The notes: generated by a model from the letters alone, not told the origin. Positions 38,812-50,880 are shown, counted from the stretch's first letter. The stretch is DNA of 64,000 nucleotides from Clostridia bacterium (GCA_017465925.1 JAFTVC010000012.1:2525-66524); one strand, 5' to 3'. Numbers and translations: made by a program.

Positions 38812-41370
38812 ATGTATTACAACTCTATCCAAGAAACAGAAAAAGACTTTAAAACAAATATAGATACCGGCTTAACTTTGGAAGAAGTTAATGCTAGGCT
38901 TAATATTCATGGTGAAAACAAAATAGAAAGTGCTAAAAAGAAAAGTTTTATGAAAAAACTACTGCATCAATTTTTAGATGTTATGATAATAGTGCTTATT
39001 ATAGCAGGAGTAGTTTCTTTTATCATAAACATATTAGCAAAAGAATCACTTATTGAACCCATTATTATCAGTGTAATAGTTATAGCAAATGCCCTACTTG
39101 GTGCTATACAAGAAGCAAGAGCAGAAAAATCTTTAAACGCTCTTAAAAAACTAACAAGTAAAACGGCAAGGGTTTTAAGAGATGGCAACATTATTGAAAT
39201 TAAAGCAACTGAACTTGTTAATGGCGATATTTGCATTTTACAAGATGGCGACATTATTCCAGCAGATTTAAGAATAATACAATGCAGTAATTTGAAAGTA
39301 GATGAATCAACTTTAACTGGCGAATCAGTACCACTTGAAAAAACAAATGAAACACTTCCAAAGGACACTCCACTATCAAGCAGAACTAATATGCTTTACA
39401 ATGGCTGTACAATTACAAGTGGTAATGGAACTGCAATAGTTGTAGCAACTGGAATGAATACAGAATTGGGAAAAATAGCAGGACTATTAAACAATGAAAA
39501 GCACAAAAAAACACCACTGCAACAACAATTTGCAAAATTAAGTTTAGTATTAAGTTTAATAGCATTAGTTGTATCACTTATTGTATTTGTAGTTGGACTT
39601 GCTGTTGGTTTAGAAACCAAAGAAATGTTTATGAATGCCCTTTCCCTTGCAATCGCAACAATTCCGGAATCACTTCCAGCGATTATAACGGTAATATTAG
39701 CATTGGGCGTTGAAAGATTAGTAGACCACAAAGCGATTGTTAAGAACTTACCAGCGATTGAAACTCTTGGTTCTGCAAGTATTATATGCTCTGATAAAAC
39801 TGGAACACTTACACAAAACAAGATGAGCGTAGTTCAAGTTTATGATTATAAAGCAAATATACTTTATGAAGATTTACAAAATCCAGACGTCAAAAACATA
39901 TTAGCATTAGCATCATTATGTTGTAATGGGACAAAAGATATAGGCGACCCAACTGAAAAAGCAATTTTACAAACAGAAAATAATTCACTTCTAGAAAAAT
40001 ATGAGCGAATTCACGAACTTCCTTTTGACTCTATAAGAAAATTAATGACTACAATTTATAAAAAAGATGACCAGAAATATTTAGTAGTTACAAAAGGTGC
40101 ATTTGAAGCAATAGAAAAAATAAGTAATGATGACTTGAAAAATCCAAGATTCTTAAATAACGATTTAGCAGAAAATGCTATAAGAGTTTTAGGTTTAGCA
40201 ATTAAAGAACTAGACTCACTTCCAAGTGATTTAGATAATTTCAATGAAATAGAAAATAATTTAAATTTTGTTGGACTTATTGGAATGATTGACCCGCCAA
40301 AACTAGAAGTTAAAGAAGCAATTCAAGTTTGTTATAGTGCAGGTATTCGCCCTATTATGATTACAGGTGATAATCCTGTAACAGCGATGGCAATAGGAAG
40401 AACACTTGGAATCTTTAAAGAAAATGACAAGGTTTTAACAGGTGAAGATTTAAAAACTCTGTCTAATGAAAAACTACTAAAAATCTTGCCTGATGTTTCA
40501 ATATATGCAAGAGTTACCCCAGAAGACAAGATTACCATTGTAAAAGCTTGGCAAAAATTAGGACATATTGTAGCAATGACTGGCGTTGGTGTAAATGATG
40601 CCCCTGCCCTAAAATCAGCCGATATTGGTTGTGTTGTGGGAATTCAAGGTAGCGATGTAGCAAAATCAAGTGGCGATTTAATATTAACCGACGACAACTT
40701 TAATACAATAGTGTCAGCAGTTAAAGAAGGTCGTGGCATATTTAATAATATTAAGAGAGTTACAGTTTTACTTCTTGGAACTAACTACTGTGAAGCATTA
40801 ACAATCATTTTAAGTTTAATATTTTTCAATGTTTGTCCTATTGTTTCAATACAGTTATTATGGATTAATTTAGTAAGTGATTCTTTCCCAGCAATAGCAT
40901 TGGGTCTTGAAAAATATGAAGACGATATTATGAATGAAAAACCTGTAAAGCGAAACAAAAAATCTATCATAAATAAAAATATGATAATTCAACTTGTTGT
41001 AGTAGGCGTTGCTCTTATTACACTTTCACTTGTGGGTTTTAATCTTGCAATGAATATGACTGATGGCAACATTGATGTAGCAAGAACTGTTGTATTTGCT
41101 ATTTTAGGTTTAGGTGAAATAATGCACGCATTCAATTTAAGAACAAACAAATCTGTTTTTAAATCATCAATAAGAGAAAACAAATTATTTTATTTGTTAA
41201 ACTGCTCTGGAATATTATTGATGCTATTAATCCTACTTGTTCCACCATTAACAAGCCTATTTATGTTAGCACCTTTAACTCCTATTTTATGGTTATATGT
41301 GGGAATATCTGCATTAACTCCAATAATACTTATGGAGATATTAAAACTATTTAAATTAGGTAAAATTTAA
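38812..41370 (+). CDS. P-type ATPase, Ca2+-transporting (P2A-like)
   Basis: 852 aa with TGES, phosphorylation site DKTGTLT, TGDN and GVGVNDAPAL (variant of GDGxNDxP), plus 10 TM helices. Confidence 0.9.
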   Translation: MYYNSIQETEKDFKTNIDTGLTLEEVNARLNIHGENKIESAKKKSFMKKLLHQFLDVMIIVLIIAGVVSFIINILAKESLIEPIIISVIVIANALLGAIQEARAEKSLNALKKLTSKTARVLRDGNIIEIKATELVNGDICILQDGDIIPADLRIIQCSNLKVDESTLTGESVPLEKTNETLPKDTPLSSRTNMLYNGCTITSGNGTAIVVATGMNTELGKIAGLLNNEKHKKTPLQQQFAKLSLVLSLIALVVSLIVFVVGLAVGLETKEMFMNALSLAIATIPESLPAIITVILALGVERLVDHKAIVKNLPAIETLGSASIICSDKTGTLTQNKMSVVQVYDYKANILYEDLQNPDVKNILALASLCCNGTKDIGDPTEKAILQTENNSLLEKYERIHELPFDSIRKLMTTIYKKDDQKYLVVTKGAFEAIEKISNDDLKNPRFLNNDLAENAIRVLGLAIKELDSLPSDLDNFNEIENNLNFVGLIGMIDPPKLEVKEAIQVCYSAGIRPIMITGDNPVTAMAIGRTLGIFKENDKVLTGEDLKTLSNEKLLKILPDVSIYARVTPEDKITIVKAWQKLGHIVAMTGVGVNDAPALKSADIGCVVGIQGSDVAKSSGDLILTDDNFNTIVSAVKEGRGIFNNIKRVTVLLLGTNYCEALTIILSLIFFNVCPIVSIQLLWINLVSDSFPAIALGLEKYEDDIMNEKPVKRNKKSIINKNMIIQLVVVGVALITLSLVGFNLAMNMTDGNIDVARTVVFAILGLGEIMHAFNLRTNKSVFKSSIRENKLFYLLNCSGILLMLLILLVPPLTSLFMLAPLTPILWLYVGISALTPIILMEILKLFKLGKI

Positions 41371-41420
41371 GCATAAGTTAAGATGAAACAAATAGAATTT
41401 ATTAGCATTGTATTAATTTA

Positions 41421-41446
41421 AAAAGGAACTATCTAGTTCCTTTTTT
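41421..41446 (+). terminator. Intrinsic terminator after the ATPase
   Basis: AAAA-GGAACT-ATCT-AGTTCC-TTTTTT. Confidence 0.75.
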
Positions 41447-41502
41447 ATCAACAAAATTAATATGCAACAAAAAATTTAAATAATCAAAATAATAACCAAA
41501 TT

Positions 41503-41655
41503 AAATAGAAACTATGTGATGATAAATTTAAATAAAATTTAATTTTGTGTTGCGTAACGCAACCGCCACAACAAGTTGTGCATCACAGTTTGAATTAGGC
41601 GTCGTTTATATAAAATACAAAAACAAGTTTTTGTGCTTGCATAAACTTGCTATAA
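41503..41655 (+). repeat. Modular hairpin repeat, locus C: 5' arm + module Z (41546-41587) + linker TTTGAATTA + module Y (41597-41655)
   Basis: The Z-Y core (~105 nt, 41546-41650) is about 96% identical (4 mismatches) to the reverse complement of 63327-63431. The 5' arm matches more loosely. Y also matches 28688-28747. Confidence 0.85.
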
Positions 41656-41661
41656 TTTTAT

Positions 41662-42060
41662 TTACTTTTTAATGCTTACGCAAATAATACCACAAATTGC
41701 CCCCAAAATAGTCCCAAATAAAGAATCATATACAAGAGTTAGATCAATTACAAAACTAGAACTCAATAATGAAAAAACCACAAAAGCAAATAGCGTATAA
41801 ACTAAACCTAATAACGCCCCTTTAATTAGCCCTTTACCTTCACAATTTTTTAAAAATGATTTAACGCCAAAAAAGATGCTTAAAACTTTAATAACCTGAT
41901 TTATAGGCATTATCCAACTATCATTAATATCAACAAACTTTAAAAATAAGGCAAAAATCAAAATGCCAACCAAAGAAATAAGCAATGCAATAAAAGAACC
42001 TTTAAGCAATGCTGTAATCATATTTTTATTATTGCCTGAAAGCGTAGATGAATTAGTCAT
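41662..42060 (-). CDS. Small four-TM membrane protein (YrzE/TIGR04086-like)
   Basis: 132 aa, hydrophobic. Lies next to yajC-tgt, as is often seen in Clostridia. Confidence 0.5.
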   Translation of the reverse strand: MTNSSTLSGNNKNMITALLKGSFIALLISLVGILIFALFLKFVDINDSWIMPINQVIKVLSIFFGVKSFLKNCEGKGLIKGALLGLVYTLFAFVVFSLLSSSFVIDLTLVYDSLFGTILGAICGIICVSIKK

Positions 42061-42171
42061 TGTACCCTCCTAATCTAATCATATTCTTTGAGTTTTTATG
42101 ATATGCAAGTAACCCATAACTAGACAAAATATTACATAAATAAGATTACACACATCTTTAAAGTAAATAAA

Positions 42172-42199
42172 CAAAAAAAGGCATATTAATTATGCCTTT
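42172..42199 (-). terminator. Intrinsic terminator after yajC
   Basis: Minus strand reads AAAGGCATA-ATTAA-TATGCCTTT followed by TTTTGTT. Confidence 0.7.
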
Positions 42200-42208
42200 A
42201 CTTTCACA

Positions 42209-42622
42209 TTAAATTGTTTCATCTTTTTTGCTATCAGCAACAGTTACATTTGCATCATCGCTAACGCTAGTTTCATTTATTTTTTCTTCCATAAATAATT
42301 CAGCATTATCTTTTTCATCAATAGCATAAACAGAAGCTAAATCAATGCTAATATAACTTTCTTTACCATTTTCGCCACTCTTAATTAAAGCAACCTTTGA
42401 GCCATCTAACGCATCTCTTATTTCAACAATTTCGCCATAAATACCAGCAAAAGTTTTTACTTTTACTCCTACATTTAACTTTTCTAACATACTTTGAGTT
42501 TCAGCATTATACTTGTTCCTTCTCATAAAACTCATAACCAAAGAACCAACAATTAAAACAAGTAAAACTACTAAAATAATCATCGTTCCTAAACCATCAT
42601 TTGCAAATAATAAACTACCCAT
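42209..42622 (-). CDS. yajC: Preprotein translocase subunit YajC
   Basis: One TM helix, then the YajC motif (MLEKLNVGVKVKTFAGIYGEIVEI). Lies downstream of tgt. Confidence 0.8.
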   Translation of the reverse strand: MGSLLFANDGLGTMIILVVLLVLIVGSLVMSFMRRNKYNAETQSMLEKLNVGVKVKTFAGIYGEIVEIRDALDGSKVALIKSGENGKESYISIDLASVYAIDEKDNAELFMEEKINETSVSDDANVTVADSKKDETI

Positions 42623-42806
42623 AAAAACTCCTTTAAAAAAATATAATATTTCTATTAATTCACTTAATAGTATAATCTTTTATTGAAATTTTGTCAAAAG
42701 AAATTTATGTATTTTTTTAACATTTACAAAAAATAACAATAAATTTTACAAAACATAAAAGCACAATGCTAAAATTTTAAAATTTTGTTATAAATTTTCC
42801 TACATA

Positions 42807-43928
<1,122 letters not shown>

Positions 43929-44015
43929 TCACCTTTTTTATTTTTATTATATTGGTACAAAACTACCAAATCTTATCTTTTTTTAATTGTAAAATTATTT
44001 TTACCTTTGCAAATT

Positions 44016-45056
44016 TTAATGAATAAACATTGCATCTCCAAAACTGAAAAATCTATATTTATCCTTAACTGCTAAATTATATATTTTCATCGTATTCTCT
44101 ATTCCACACAAAGCACTTACAAGCATAATCAAAGTGCTTTCTGGTAAGTGAAAGTTAGTTATAAGAGCATCTACAACTTTAAATTTATAACTAGGATAAA
44201 TAAAAATATTAGTAAATCCGCTTCCAGCAATCAACTTACCATCTTGTGTACTTGCACTTTCTAACACTCTAACACTAGTAGTTCCAACTGCAATTATTCT
44301 TTGATTGTTTTCCTTTGCTTTATTCAATATTTTACATTCTTCTTCGCCAATTTGATAATATTCACTATGCATTGTATGCTCTAAAATATTATCAGTTTTC
44401 ACAGGTCTAAATGTCCCAACTCCTACATGAAGCAAAACCTCAACAATTTGAATACCTTTATTTTTTATTTTTTCAATCAATTCATTTGTAAAATGAAGTC
44501 CAGCAGTTGGCGCAGCAGATGAACCTTCATCTTTTGCATAAACAGTTTGATATCTTTCAAGTTTAGTTTCATTATTCTTTATATAATGTGGCAAAGGCAT
44601 TGTGCCTACCCTATATAAAATATCTTCAAAAACACCATTAAATATAAACTCTATTACTCTTGCACCATAATCGCCTTCTTCTATTACCTTACAAGAAAGT
44701 TCATCACTTATTTTGATGATTGTTCCCACCTTTGCTCTTTTTGCAGGCTTAACCAAAACATCCCAGTGCTTTAAATCTATTCGCTTTTGAAGCAATATTT
44801 CAATCTTGGCATTTGTATCTACCTTTTCTCCAAATAACCTAGCAGGCAATACTTTGGTTTTATTAACTACTAATATATCATTTGGCTTTAAGTAATCAAT
44901 AATGTCATAAAAATGCTTATGCTCTACTTCATCATTTTGCCTATCATAAACTAAAAGCCTAGAAGAATCTCTCGGTTCAACTGGCTTTTGTGCTATTAAT
45001 TCTTCTGGCAATTCATAAAAATAATTATGCTTATTAAATATATCCTTGTCCATCAT
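44016..45056 (-). CDS. queA: S-adenosylmethionine:tRNA ribosyltransferase-isomerase
   Basis: FNYELPEELIAQ-like N-terminus, GSSAAPTAGLHFT and FFSFGDAMFI. Confidence 0.95.
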   Translation of the reverse strand: MMDKDIFNKHNYFYELPEELIAQKPVEPRDSSRLLVYDRQNDEVEHKHFYDIIDYLKPNDILVVNKTKVLPARLFGEKVDTNAKIEILLQKRIDLKHWDVLVKPAKRAKVGTIIKISDELSCKVIEEGDYGARVIEFIFNGVFEDILYRVGTMPLPHYIKNNETKLERYQTVYAKDEGSSAAPTAGLHFTNELIEKIKNKGIQIVEVLLHVGVGTFRPVKTDNILEHTMHSEYYQIGEEECKILNKAKENNQRIIAVGTTSVRVLESASTQDGKLIAGSGFTNIFIYPSYKFKVVDALITNFHLPESTLIMLVSALCGIENTMKIYNLAVKDKYRFFSFGDAMFIH

Positions 45057-45058
45057 TA

Positions 45059-46102
45059 TTATTCTTCAACCTTTAACTCTATTAATTCTTGTTCTTTTTC
45101 TTTTGACAATGATTTACCTAAATGCTTGTACGCACTAGGCAAAGCAACTCTACCCCTTGGAGTTCTTGCTATAAATCCTAATTGCAATAAATAAGGTTCG
45201 TATACATCTTCTATTGTAACAGCATCTTCACCAGAAGAAGCAGACAAAGTATCAACCCCAACAGGTCCACCATCAAATTTATCAATCATTATGCTTAAAA
45301 TTCTTCTATCCACAAAATCAAGACCTAATTCATCTATGTCCATTCTATCTAGTGCTTCATCAGTTAAAGTTTTGTCTACAATGCCACTACCTTTAACATC
45401 AGCATAATCTCTTATTCTTTTTAAGAACCTATTTGCAATACGAGGAGTGCCACGACTCCTTTTTGCAAGTTCCAAACTCGCTTCTTTACTTATTTCAACT
45501 TTTAAAATTTTAGCACTTCTTTCAATGATTGTTGCTAAATCTTCTGCACTATATAATTCAAGACGCTCTATTATTCCAAATCTATCTCTTAACGGTGATG
45601 TCAACATTCCAGCCCTTGTAGTTGCACCAATAAGGGTAAATGGTTTTAATTTTAGTCGCATACTTCTTGCAGATGGTCCTTTACCAACAACAAAATCTAG
45701 TGCAAAATCTTCCATTGCTGGATATAAAATTTCTTCTACATTTCTATTAAGTCTATGGATTTCATCTATAAACAAAACGTCATTCGCATTTAAATTACTT
45801 AATATTGCTGCAAGGTCCGCTGCATGCTCTACTGCAGGTCCACTAGTAATTTTTATTTGCGTACCAAGTTCATTTGCAATTATATGCGATAAAGTAGTTT
45901 TACCAAGCCCTGGCGGACCATAAAGTAATACGTGGTCTAATGCTTCACCTCTTTTTTTAGCAGCCTTAATATAAATATCTAAATTTTCTCTTACCTTCCT
46001 TTGCCCAACATATTCTAGCATATTTGCAGGTCTTAAAGAAAGTTCTATTTCAGCATCACTTGCATTTTTGTTACCTGTTACAAATCTGTTGCTTTCTATC
46101 AT
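45059..46102 (-). CDS. ruvB: Holliday junction helicase RuvB
   Basis: Walker [11 protein letters not shown] and LFIDEIHRL. Confidence 0.96.
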   Translation of the reverse strand: MIESNRFVTGNKNASDAEIELSLRPANMLEYVGQRKVRENLDIYIKAAKKRGEALDHVLLYGPPGLGKTTLSHIIANELGTQIKITSGPAVEHAADLAAILSNLNANDVLFIDEIHRLNRNVEEILYPAMEDFALDFVVGKGPSARSMRLKLKPFTLIGATTRAGMLTSPLRDRFGIIERLELYSAEDLATIIERSAKILKVEISKEASLELAKRSRGTPRIANRFLKRIRDYADVKGSGIVDKTLTDEALDRMDIDELGLDFVDRRILSIMIDKFDGGPVGVDTLSASSGEDAVTIEDVYEPYLLQLGFIARTPRGRVALPSAYKHLGKSLSKEKEQELIELKVEE

Positions 46103-46701
46103 TAATTACCAATACTCCTTAAACAATTTTGTACTAGTTCTTCTATTGTGTTTCCATCTTTATAGCAAGATTTAACTATCTTTAATGCTTCACCCTTGTT
46201 TAGACCAAGTGAAACTAAAATATTAAATGCCTCATCAATAAGACCTTCATCATATTGTGTAGTTGCTAATGGTAAATCACAATCCATTGCATAACCAAAT
46301 GCATCAATTTTATCTTTCAGTTCTACAATAATTCTTTCAGCAGTCTTTTTGCCACAACCCTTTATTTTGCTCAATAAAGTAATATCACCACTTATTATTG
46401 CTACTCCTATGTCATTTAGTTTAGCACCACTCAAAATTTGTAGAGCCATTTTAGGACCAACACCGCTAACCGAAATTAAATCCAAAAACATTCTCTTTTC
46501 TTCCATAGTTATAAATCCATATAGACTTACTCCATCTTCCCTTACTTGAAAATAAGTGAAAACTTTAATCTCTTCACCTTCATTTGGTAATGCACAAAGA
46601 GTATTATTTGAAATCCCTATTTCATAACCGATTCCATTATTTTCTACAACTATGTAATTTTCTTTTTTTAATTCTAAACTACCTTTAATATAATTAAACA
46701 T
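46102..46701 (-). CDS. ruvA: Holliday junction DNA-binding protein RuvA
   Basis: 199 aa. [10 protein letters not shown]-terminus and HhH motifs ([10 protein letters not shown]). Confidence 0.93.
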   Translation of the reverse strand: MFNYIKGSLELKKENYIVVENNGIGYEIGISNNTLCALPNEGEEIKVFTYFQVREDGVSLYGFITMEEKRMFLDLISVSGVGPKMALQILSGAKLNDIGVAIISGDITLLSKIKGCGKKTAERIIVELKDKIDAFGYAMDCDLPLATTQYDEGLIDEAFNILVSLGLNKGEALKIVKSCYKDGNTIEELVQNCLRSIGN

Positions 46702-46702
46702 T

Positions 46703-47197
46703 TTAAATCCTATTATCTTTTATTAAGTTATTCGTTTGCGTATGACATATTGCAACTGCTAACGCATCTGCTGCATCATCTGGTCTTGGTAATTTTTCAA
46801 GTCCCAAAATTGCTTGCACCATTAATTGCATTTGTTTCTTTTCAGCCCTTCCATTTCCAGTTATTGCTTGCTTTATTTGTAGCGGAGTATATTCATATAA
46901 ATCATCAAGTTTTTGCTTGCAGGCAAGAAGTATAACCCCCCTTGCTTGTGCAACATTTATTGCCGTTGTTGTATTTGTGTTAAAAAACAACTCTTCTATT
47001 GCAACGCAATCTGGTTTATATGCGTCTATTAATTGAATAATTGATTCATAAATTTCACTTAATCTTTCAGTTATACTATTCTCTTTTGGAGTTGTTATTA
47101 CTCCATAATCTACTACTGTATAACAACCATAAGATGTACTTTCAATTACTCCAAAACCAACTATTCCATAACCTGGGTCAATACCTAAAACAATCAT
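46703..47197 (-). CDS. ruvC: Holliday junction resolvase RuvC
   Basis: 164 aa. MIVLGIDPGYG and the catalytic C-terminal DAADALAVAICH. Confidence 0.92.
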   Translation of the reverse strand: MIVLGIDPGYGIVGFGVIESTSYGCYTVVDYGVITTPKENSITERLSEIYESIIQLIDAYKPDCVAIEELFFNTNTTTAINVAQARGVILLACKQKLDDLYEYTPLQIKQAITGNGRAEKKQMQLMVQAILGLEKLPRPDDAADALAVAICHTQTNNLIKDNRI

Positions 47198-47511
47198 AGT
47201 TAATAGTATAAACTAAATTTTAAATATAGTCAAGCAAATCTAATTTCAGTTTTAAAATAAATGTTTAATATTTAAATAAAAATTATTTATTGAGCATATT
47301 CTCTTGCTATCTTAAAGAAAGATGATAAAACCAGTTTCATAAAGTTTATTAATGCCTGATGTAAAATAATTTTAAAAATGACGTCTAATCCATTTCACAC
47401 AAAAAAAAGACAAAGATTAATCTCTGTCAATTTTTAAATATTTTGCAACTTCTTTTTAGGTTTTTTATAAAACAATTTTAAATCCTTTACTTCATCATTT
47501 TTAAAATTTGC

Positions 47512-47630
47512 CTACTTATGAATATTTAAAACTATACCTATTGATGCAAAGAAAACAATTAAACTACTACTTCACGCACTAATAAGCGGTAGTTGTACTT
47601 CCATAGGCGGAATTGAACCCCGCACCACAA
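47512..47630 (-). pseudogene. Decayed 3' fragment of an FtsW/RodA/SpoVE-family gene
   Basis: Minus-strand translation is LVVRGSIPPMEVQLPLISA*SSSLIVFFASIGIVLNIHK*. It aligns with the C-terminus of the intact gene (VVTGSIPPTGVPLPFISAGSTSLVVFMSAIGVILNV) at 48416-49552. An in-frame TGA replaces the conserved Gly, and there is no 5' part. Confidence 0.7.
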
Positions 47631-47640
47631 GTTAATTGCA

Positions 47641-48336
47641 CTATAAACTTTCTAATGTATATTTTATTGATTTTGTTAAAATTTCTCTGCCAACTTTTCT
47701 TATTTCTTCTGGTTTTGTTTTTAGCAATTCCATATAATTTTTAGCCAAATTATTTTCAAATATATACTTCCCAACCACTAAAAACATATCATATCCATTA
47801 TACTCTCTTGTTTTAACTTTATTTATATCATTTAAAACATTTAAATCAAATTTTCCAGCGTGTTTTAATTGTTCACATATAATTCTTAATTGCTCTCTTG
47901 TTCTATTTTTTATATGTCCATCAATATAGGAAGCATAACTTTCGTCAAACCATCTTATTCTATCAATACCATATTTTTCATAAACAAGTTTTTGAATATA
48001 CAAATGAGCCATTTCGTGAATTAACGTATGAACTTGATATTTTATATCTTCTTCATCGTTAACATTCAACAGGGTTTGAATTTCCCCATTATAAAAACAA
48101 CCCGTTGCCCATTCTGGTGGGGTATCTCCACCAGAAATCGATTTTATATATTCAACAAATTCTTTCCTTTCAGTAAAAAATGAAGCTTTTAATTGTTCAA
48201 CACAGCACATTTCTTCCGAAAATAGCATTTGCAACATAGGCATTTGAACCTCAACTATATTTAAAGATTTTTCAATAAAATCTTCTAATCCTTCTTGAAA
48301 ATTAATTTCAAATCTATTTGTAATAATTTTTTTCAC
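47641..48336 (-). CDS. HExxH metallopeptidase-like protein
   Basis: About 231 aa with LIHEMAHLY. Start set to the GTG 7 nt after AGGAG. Family not identifiable by eye. Confidence 0.6.
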   Translation of the reverse strand: MKKIITNRFEINFQEGLEDFIEKSLNIVEVQMPMLQMLFSEEMCCVEQLKASFFTERKEFVEYIKSISGGDTPPEWATGCFYNGEIQTLLNVNDEEDIKYQVHTLIHEMAHLYIQKLVYEKYGIDRIRWFDESYASYIDGHIKNRTREQLRIICEQLKHAGKFDLNVLNDINKVKTREYNGYDMFLVVGKYIFENNLAKNYMELLKTKPEEIRKVGREILTKSIKYTLESL

Positions 48337-48415
48337 AACCAAACTCCTATTTGGTTTATTATAACACACAAACAAAAAAATGCATACTAAATTGTATACA
48401 TTTTTAATAAAAATT

Positions 48416-49552
48416 TTAAATTTTACTTTTCCTACTCTGCCTATCTACATTGAGAATAACCCCTATCGCGCTCATGAAAACAACCAAACTTGTTGAGCCA
48501 GCGGAAATAAATGGAAGAGGAACGCCGGTGGGCGGAATTGAGCCTGTAACAACTGCTAAATTTATTAGTATTTGAACTCCAATTACCGATGCAACCCCAA
48601 CTGAAAGTAAGCAACCAAATCTGTCTTTTGCCCTTAACGCAACTTTTATTATTAAATAAATAAGAGCAATAAAAACTAGAATTAAAAGCAAACAACCGAT
48701 AAATCCAAATTCTTCTCCTATTATTGAAAAGATGAAATCACTTTCAGAAAATGGCAAGAATTGATATTTTTGTCTTGAATTAAACAATCCTACTCCAAAC
48801 CAGCCACCACTACCAAGTGAATAAAGTGATTGAATTAATTGAAAGCCCTCGCCTTGCGGAGATGCCCAAGGGTCAATAAATGCAAATAATCTTTTTAATC
48901 TATAAGGCTCTAAAATTATAAGCAACGGTACAACAGCAACTGCTGGAACTGCAAGCATTGTTAGTTGTTTCAACTTCATACCGCCCACAAAAAGCATAAT
49001 AAGCATAACAATTCCAACGCACATTGTAATACTCATATTAGGTTCTAACATAATTAAAATGCACATTAGAACTCCCACAATCAAAATTGGCAAATATGAT
49101 TTAAATTTTAATGCTTCAAATTTTTTACCACATAAAACACAAACACAAAAAATAATGAAACCAAACTTTGCTATTTCACTTCCTTGTATCGTGAAACCCG
49201 GTAATCCTATCCATCTATTAGCACCATAATTTGAAACCCCAATCCCTGGAACAAAAACCAATATTAAGAATACAAAAGAAATAATGCAAGCAACCCATTT
49301 AAATTTATAATAAATATGATAATCAATTTTATATGTAATAATTAAAGCAATAATTCCCAGCACCACGCCAATTATTTGCTTTATTAAAAAATGATATTCA
49401 TTATTATAATTGTTAAGTGCTGAATAAGAACTTGCACTGTAAACCATAATGCAACCAAAAATAGCAAGTGATAAAACAATTATAAAAATCTTTAAACTTA
49501 ATTTACTTGACGACTTTGGCAACAAATTAGGATATGTTTTATATTTTAGCAT
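48416..49552 (-). CDS. SEDS-family peptidoglycan glycosyltransferase (SpoVE/FtsW)
   Basis: 378 aa with 10 TM helices and a conserved PPTGVPLPFISAGSTS end. Lies downstream of murD, as with Bacillus spoVE. Confidence 0.9.
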   Translation of the reverse strand: MLKYKTYPNLLPKSSSKLSLKIFIIVLSLAIFGCIMVYSASSYSALNNYNNEYHFLIKQIIGVVLGIIALIITYKIDYHIYYKFKWVACIISFVFLILVFVPGIGVSNYGANRWIGLPGFTIQGSEIAKFGFIIFCVCVLCGKKFEALKFKSYLPILIVGVLMCILIMLEPNMSITMCVGIVMLIMLFVGGMKLKQLTMLAVPAVAVVPLLIILEPYRLKRLFAFIDPWASPQGEGFQLIQSLYSLGSGGWFGVGLFNSRQKYQFLPFSESDFIFSIIGEEFGFIGCLLLILVFIALIYLIIKVALRAKDRFGCLLSVGVASVIGVQILINLAVVTGSIPPTGVPLPFISAGSTSLVVFMSAIGVILNVDRQSRKSKI

Positions 49553-50880
49553 TTATTTACCCATTCTTTAAAATACTTTCCACGCTCTTCATAATTACTA
49601 AACTCATCAAAACTGGCACAGGCAGGACTTAATAAAACAATTTCACTTGCCTTTGCATTGTCCTTTGCATCATTTAATGCATCACACAAATTATTGAGTA
49701 CAACAAAATTAGAATAACCAACATTTATTGCTGACCATTTCATTTTTTCTCTTGTTTCACCGAAAATATAGCACTTAACATTATTACTTAATGATTTAAA
49801 AAAGTTTTCAAATTCTTCACCCTTATCACTCCCACCTAAAAGTAAATGAACTCTTTTATTTTTATAAGCGGTTAAAGCATTAATGGTAGCATCTATGTTA
49901 GTTGCCTTACTATCATTTACATATTCAACACCATCAACGTTTTTTACAAACTCTTGTCTGTGTTCAAGTGCATTAAAATTTTCAATTACATTCCTTACAT
50001 TATCAATGTCTACATTTTCAATAATGCCAACCAAAACAGTTGCTAAAATATTTAAGTAGTTATGCTCCCCTTTTAACTTTAAATTTTCCAAATAAGATAT
50101 AAGTTGCTCATTTTTTCCTATATTTAAAATAATAGACTTGTCCCTTATAAAACCATCAACGTTGTAGTTACATTTACTGAAATATATTTTTTTTGCTTTA
50201 CAGTGAATTGCTTTTACTAATTTATTTATATTTTCATCATCTTTATTTAAAATGCAAATATCTTTTCTTTTTTGATTTTTATAAATATTTAATTTTGATT
50301 TATAGTAATCATTTAAATCATCATATCTATCTAAATGGTCTGGCTTTAAATTTAAAATGACAGAAATTTTTGGTCTAAACTTTTTTATTGTTTCTAGTTG
50401 AAAACTACTCATTTCTAATACGACATAATCCTGCATTTCAATACTATCCACTACTGAAATAAAAGGAATTCCTATATTGCCACATTTATGGACTTTATAT
50501 TTTTGACTTAATACTTGACTTATTAGTTCAGTAGTCGTTGTCTTACCATTAGTACCTGTTATCGCAATAATTTTTTTAGATTTACAAAAATTAAAAGCAA
50601 ACTCTACTTCCCCAATCACATTAATTTTATTTAACTTTGCCATTTTAAGTAATTTAGTTTCAAGCGAAACCCCAGGGCTTACTATAATTAAGTCTAAAAG
50701 TGAAGCATCAATTAAAAACTCACTAAACGGCAAAATTATTTTATTATCTATATATTTACTTACATCTTGATTGTCATCATATAAATAAATTATTGCTTGT
50801 CTTTTCTTTAAAAATTCAAGCAATGCTAATCCTGTTCTTGACATACCATATATCAAAATTCGTTTGCCTGTTACTTTCAT
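49546..50880 (-). CDS. murD: UDP-N-acetylmuramoylalanine--D-glutamate ligase
   Basis: GITGTNGKTTTT P-loop. Position is between mraY and the SEDS gene. Confidence 0.93.
   Translation of the reverse strand: MKVTGKRILIYGMSRTGLALLEFLKKRQAIIYLYDDNQDVSKYIDNKIILPFSEFLIDASLLDLIIVSPGVSLETKLLKMAKLNKINVIGEVEFAFNFCKSKKIIAITGTNGKTTTTELISQVLSQKYKVHKCGNIGIPFISVVDSIEMQDYVVLEMSSFQLETIKKFRPKISVILNLKPDHLDRYDDLNDYYKSKLNIYKNQKRKDICILNKDDENINKLVKAIHCKAKKIYFSKCNYNVDGFIRDKSIILNIGKNEQLISYLENLKLKGEHNYLNILATVLVGIIENVDIDNVRNVIENFNALEHRQEFVKNVDGVEYVNDSKATNIDATINALTAYKNKRVHLLLGGSDKGEEFENFFKSLSNNVKCYIFGETREKMKWSAINVGYSNFVVLNNLCDALNDAKDNAKASEIVLLSPACASFDEFSNYEERGKYFKEWVNKC

Noticed and set aside
47590-47625. tRNA-like T-arm string GGGGTTCAATTCCGCC on the minus strand
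   Set aside because: The flanks do not form a 5-bp T-stem or an acceptor stem. The string is the codon series for GSIPP, also present in the intact SEDS gene at ~48530. It belongs to the pseudogene fragment.
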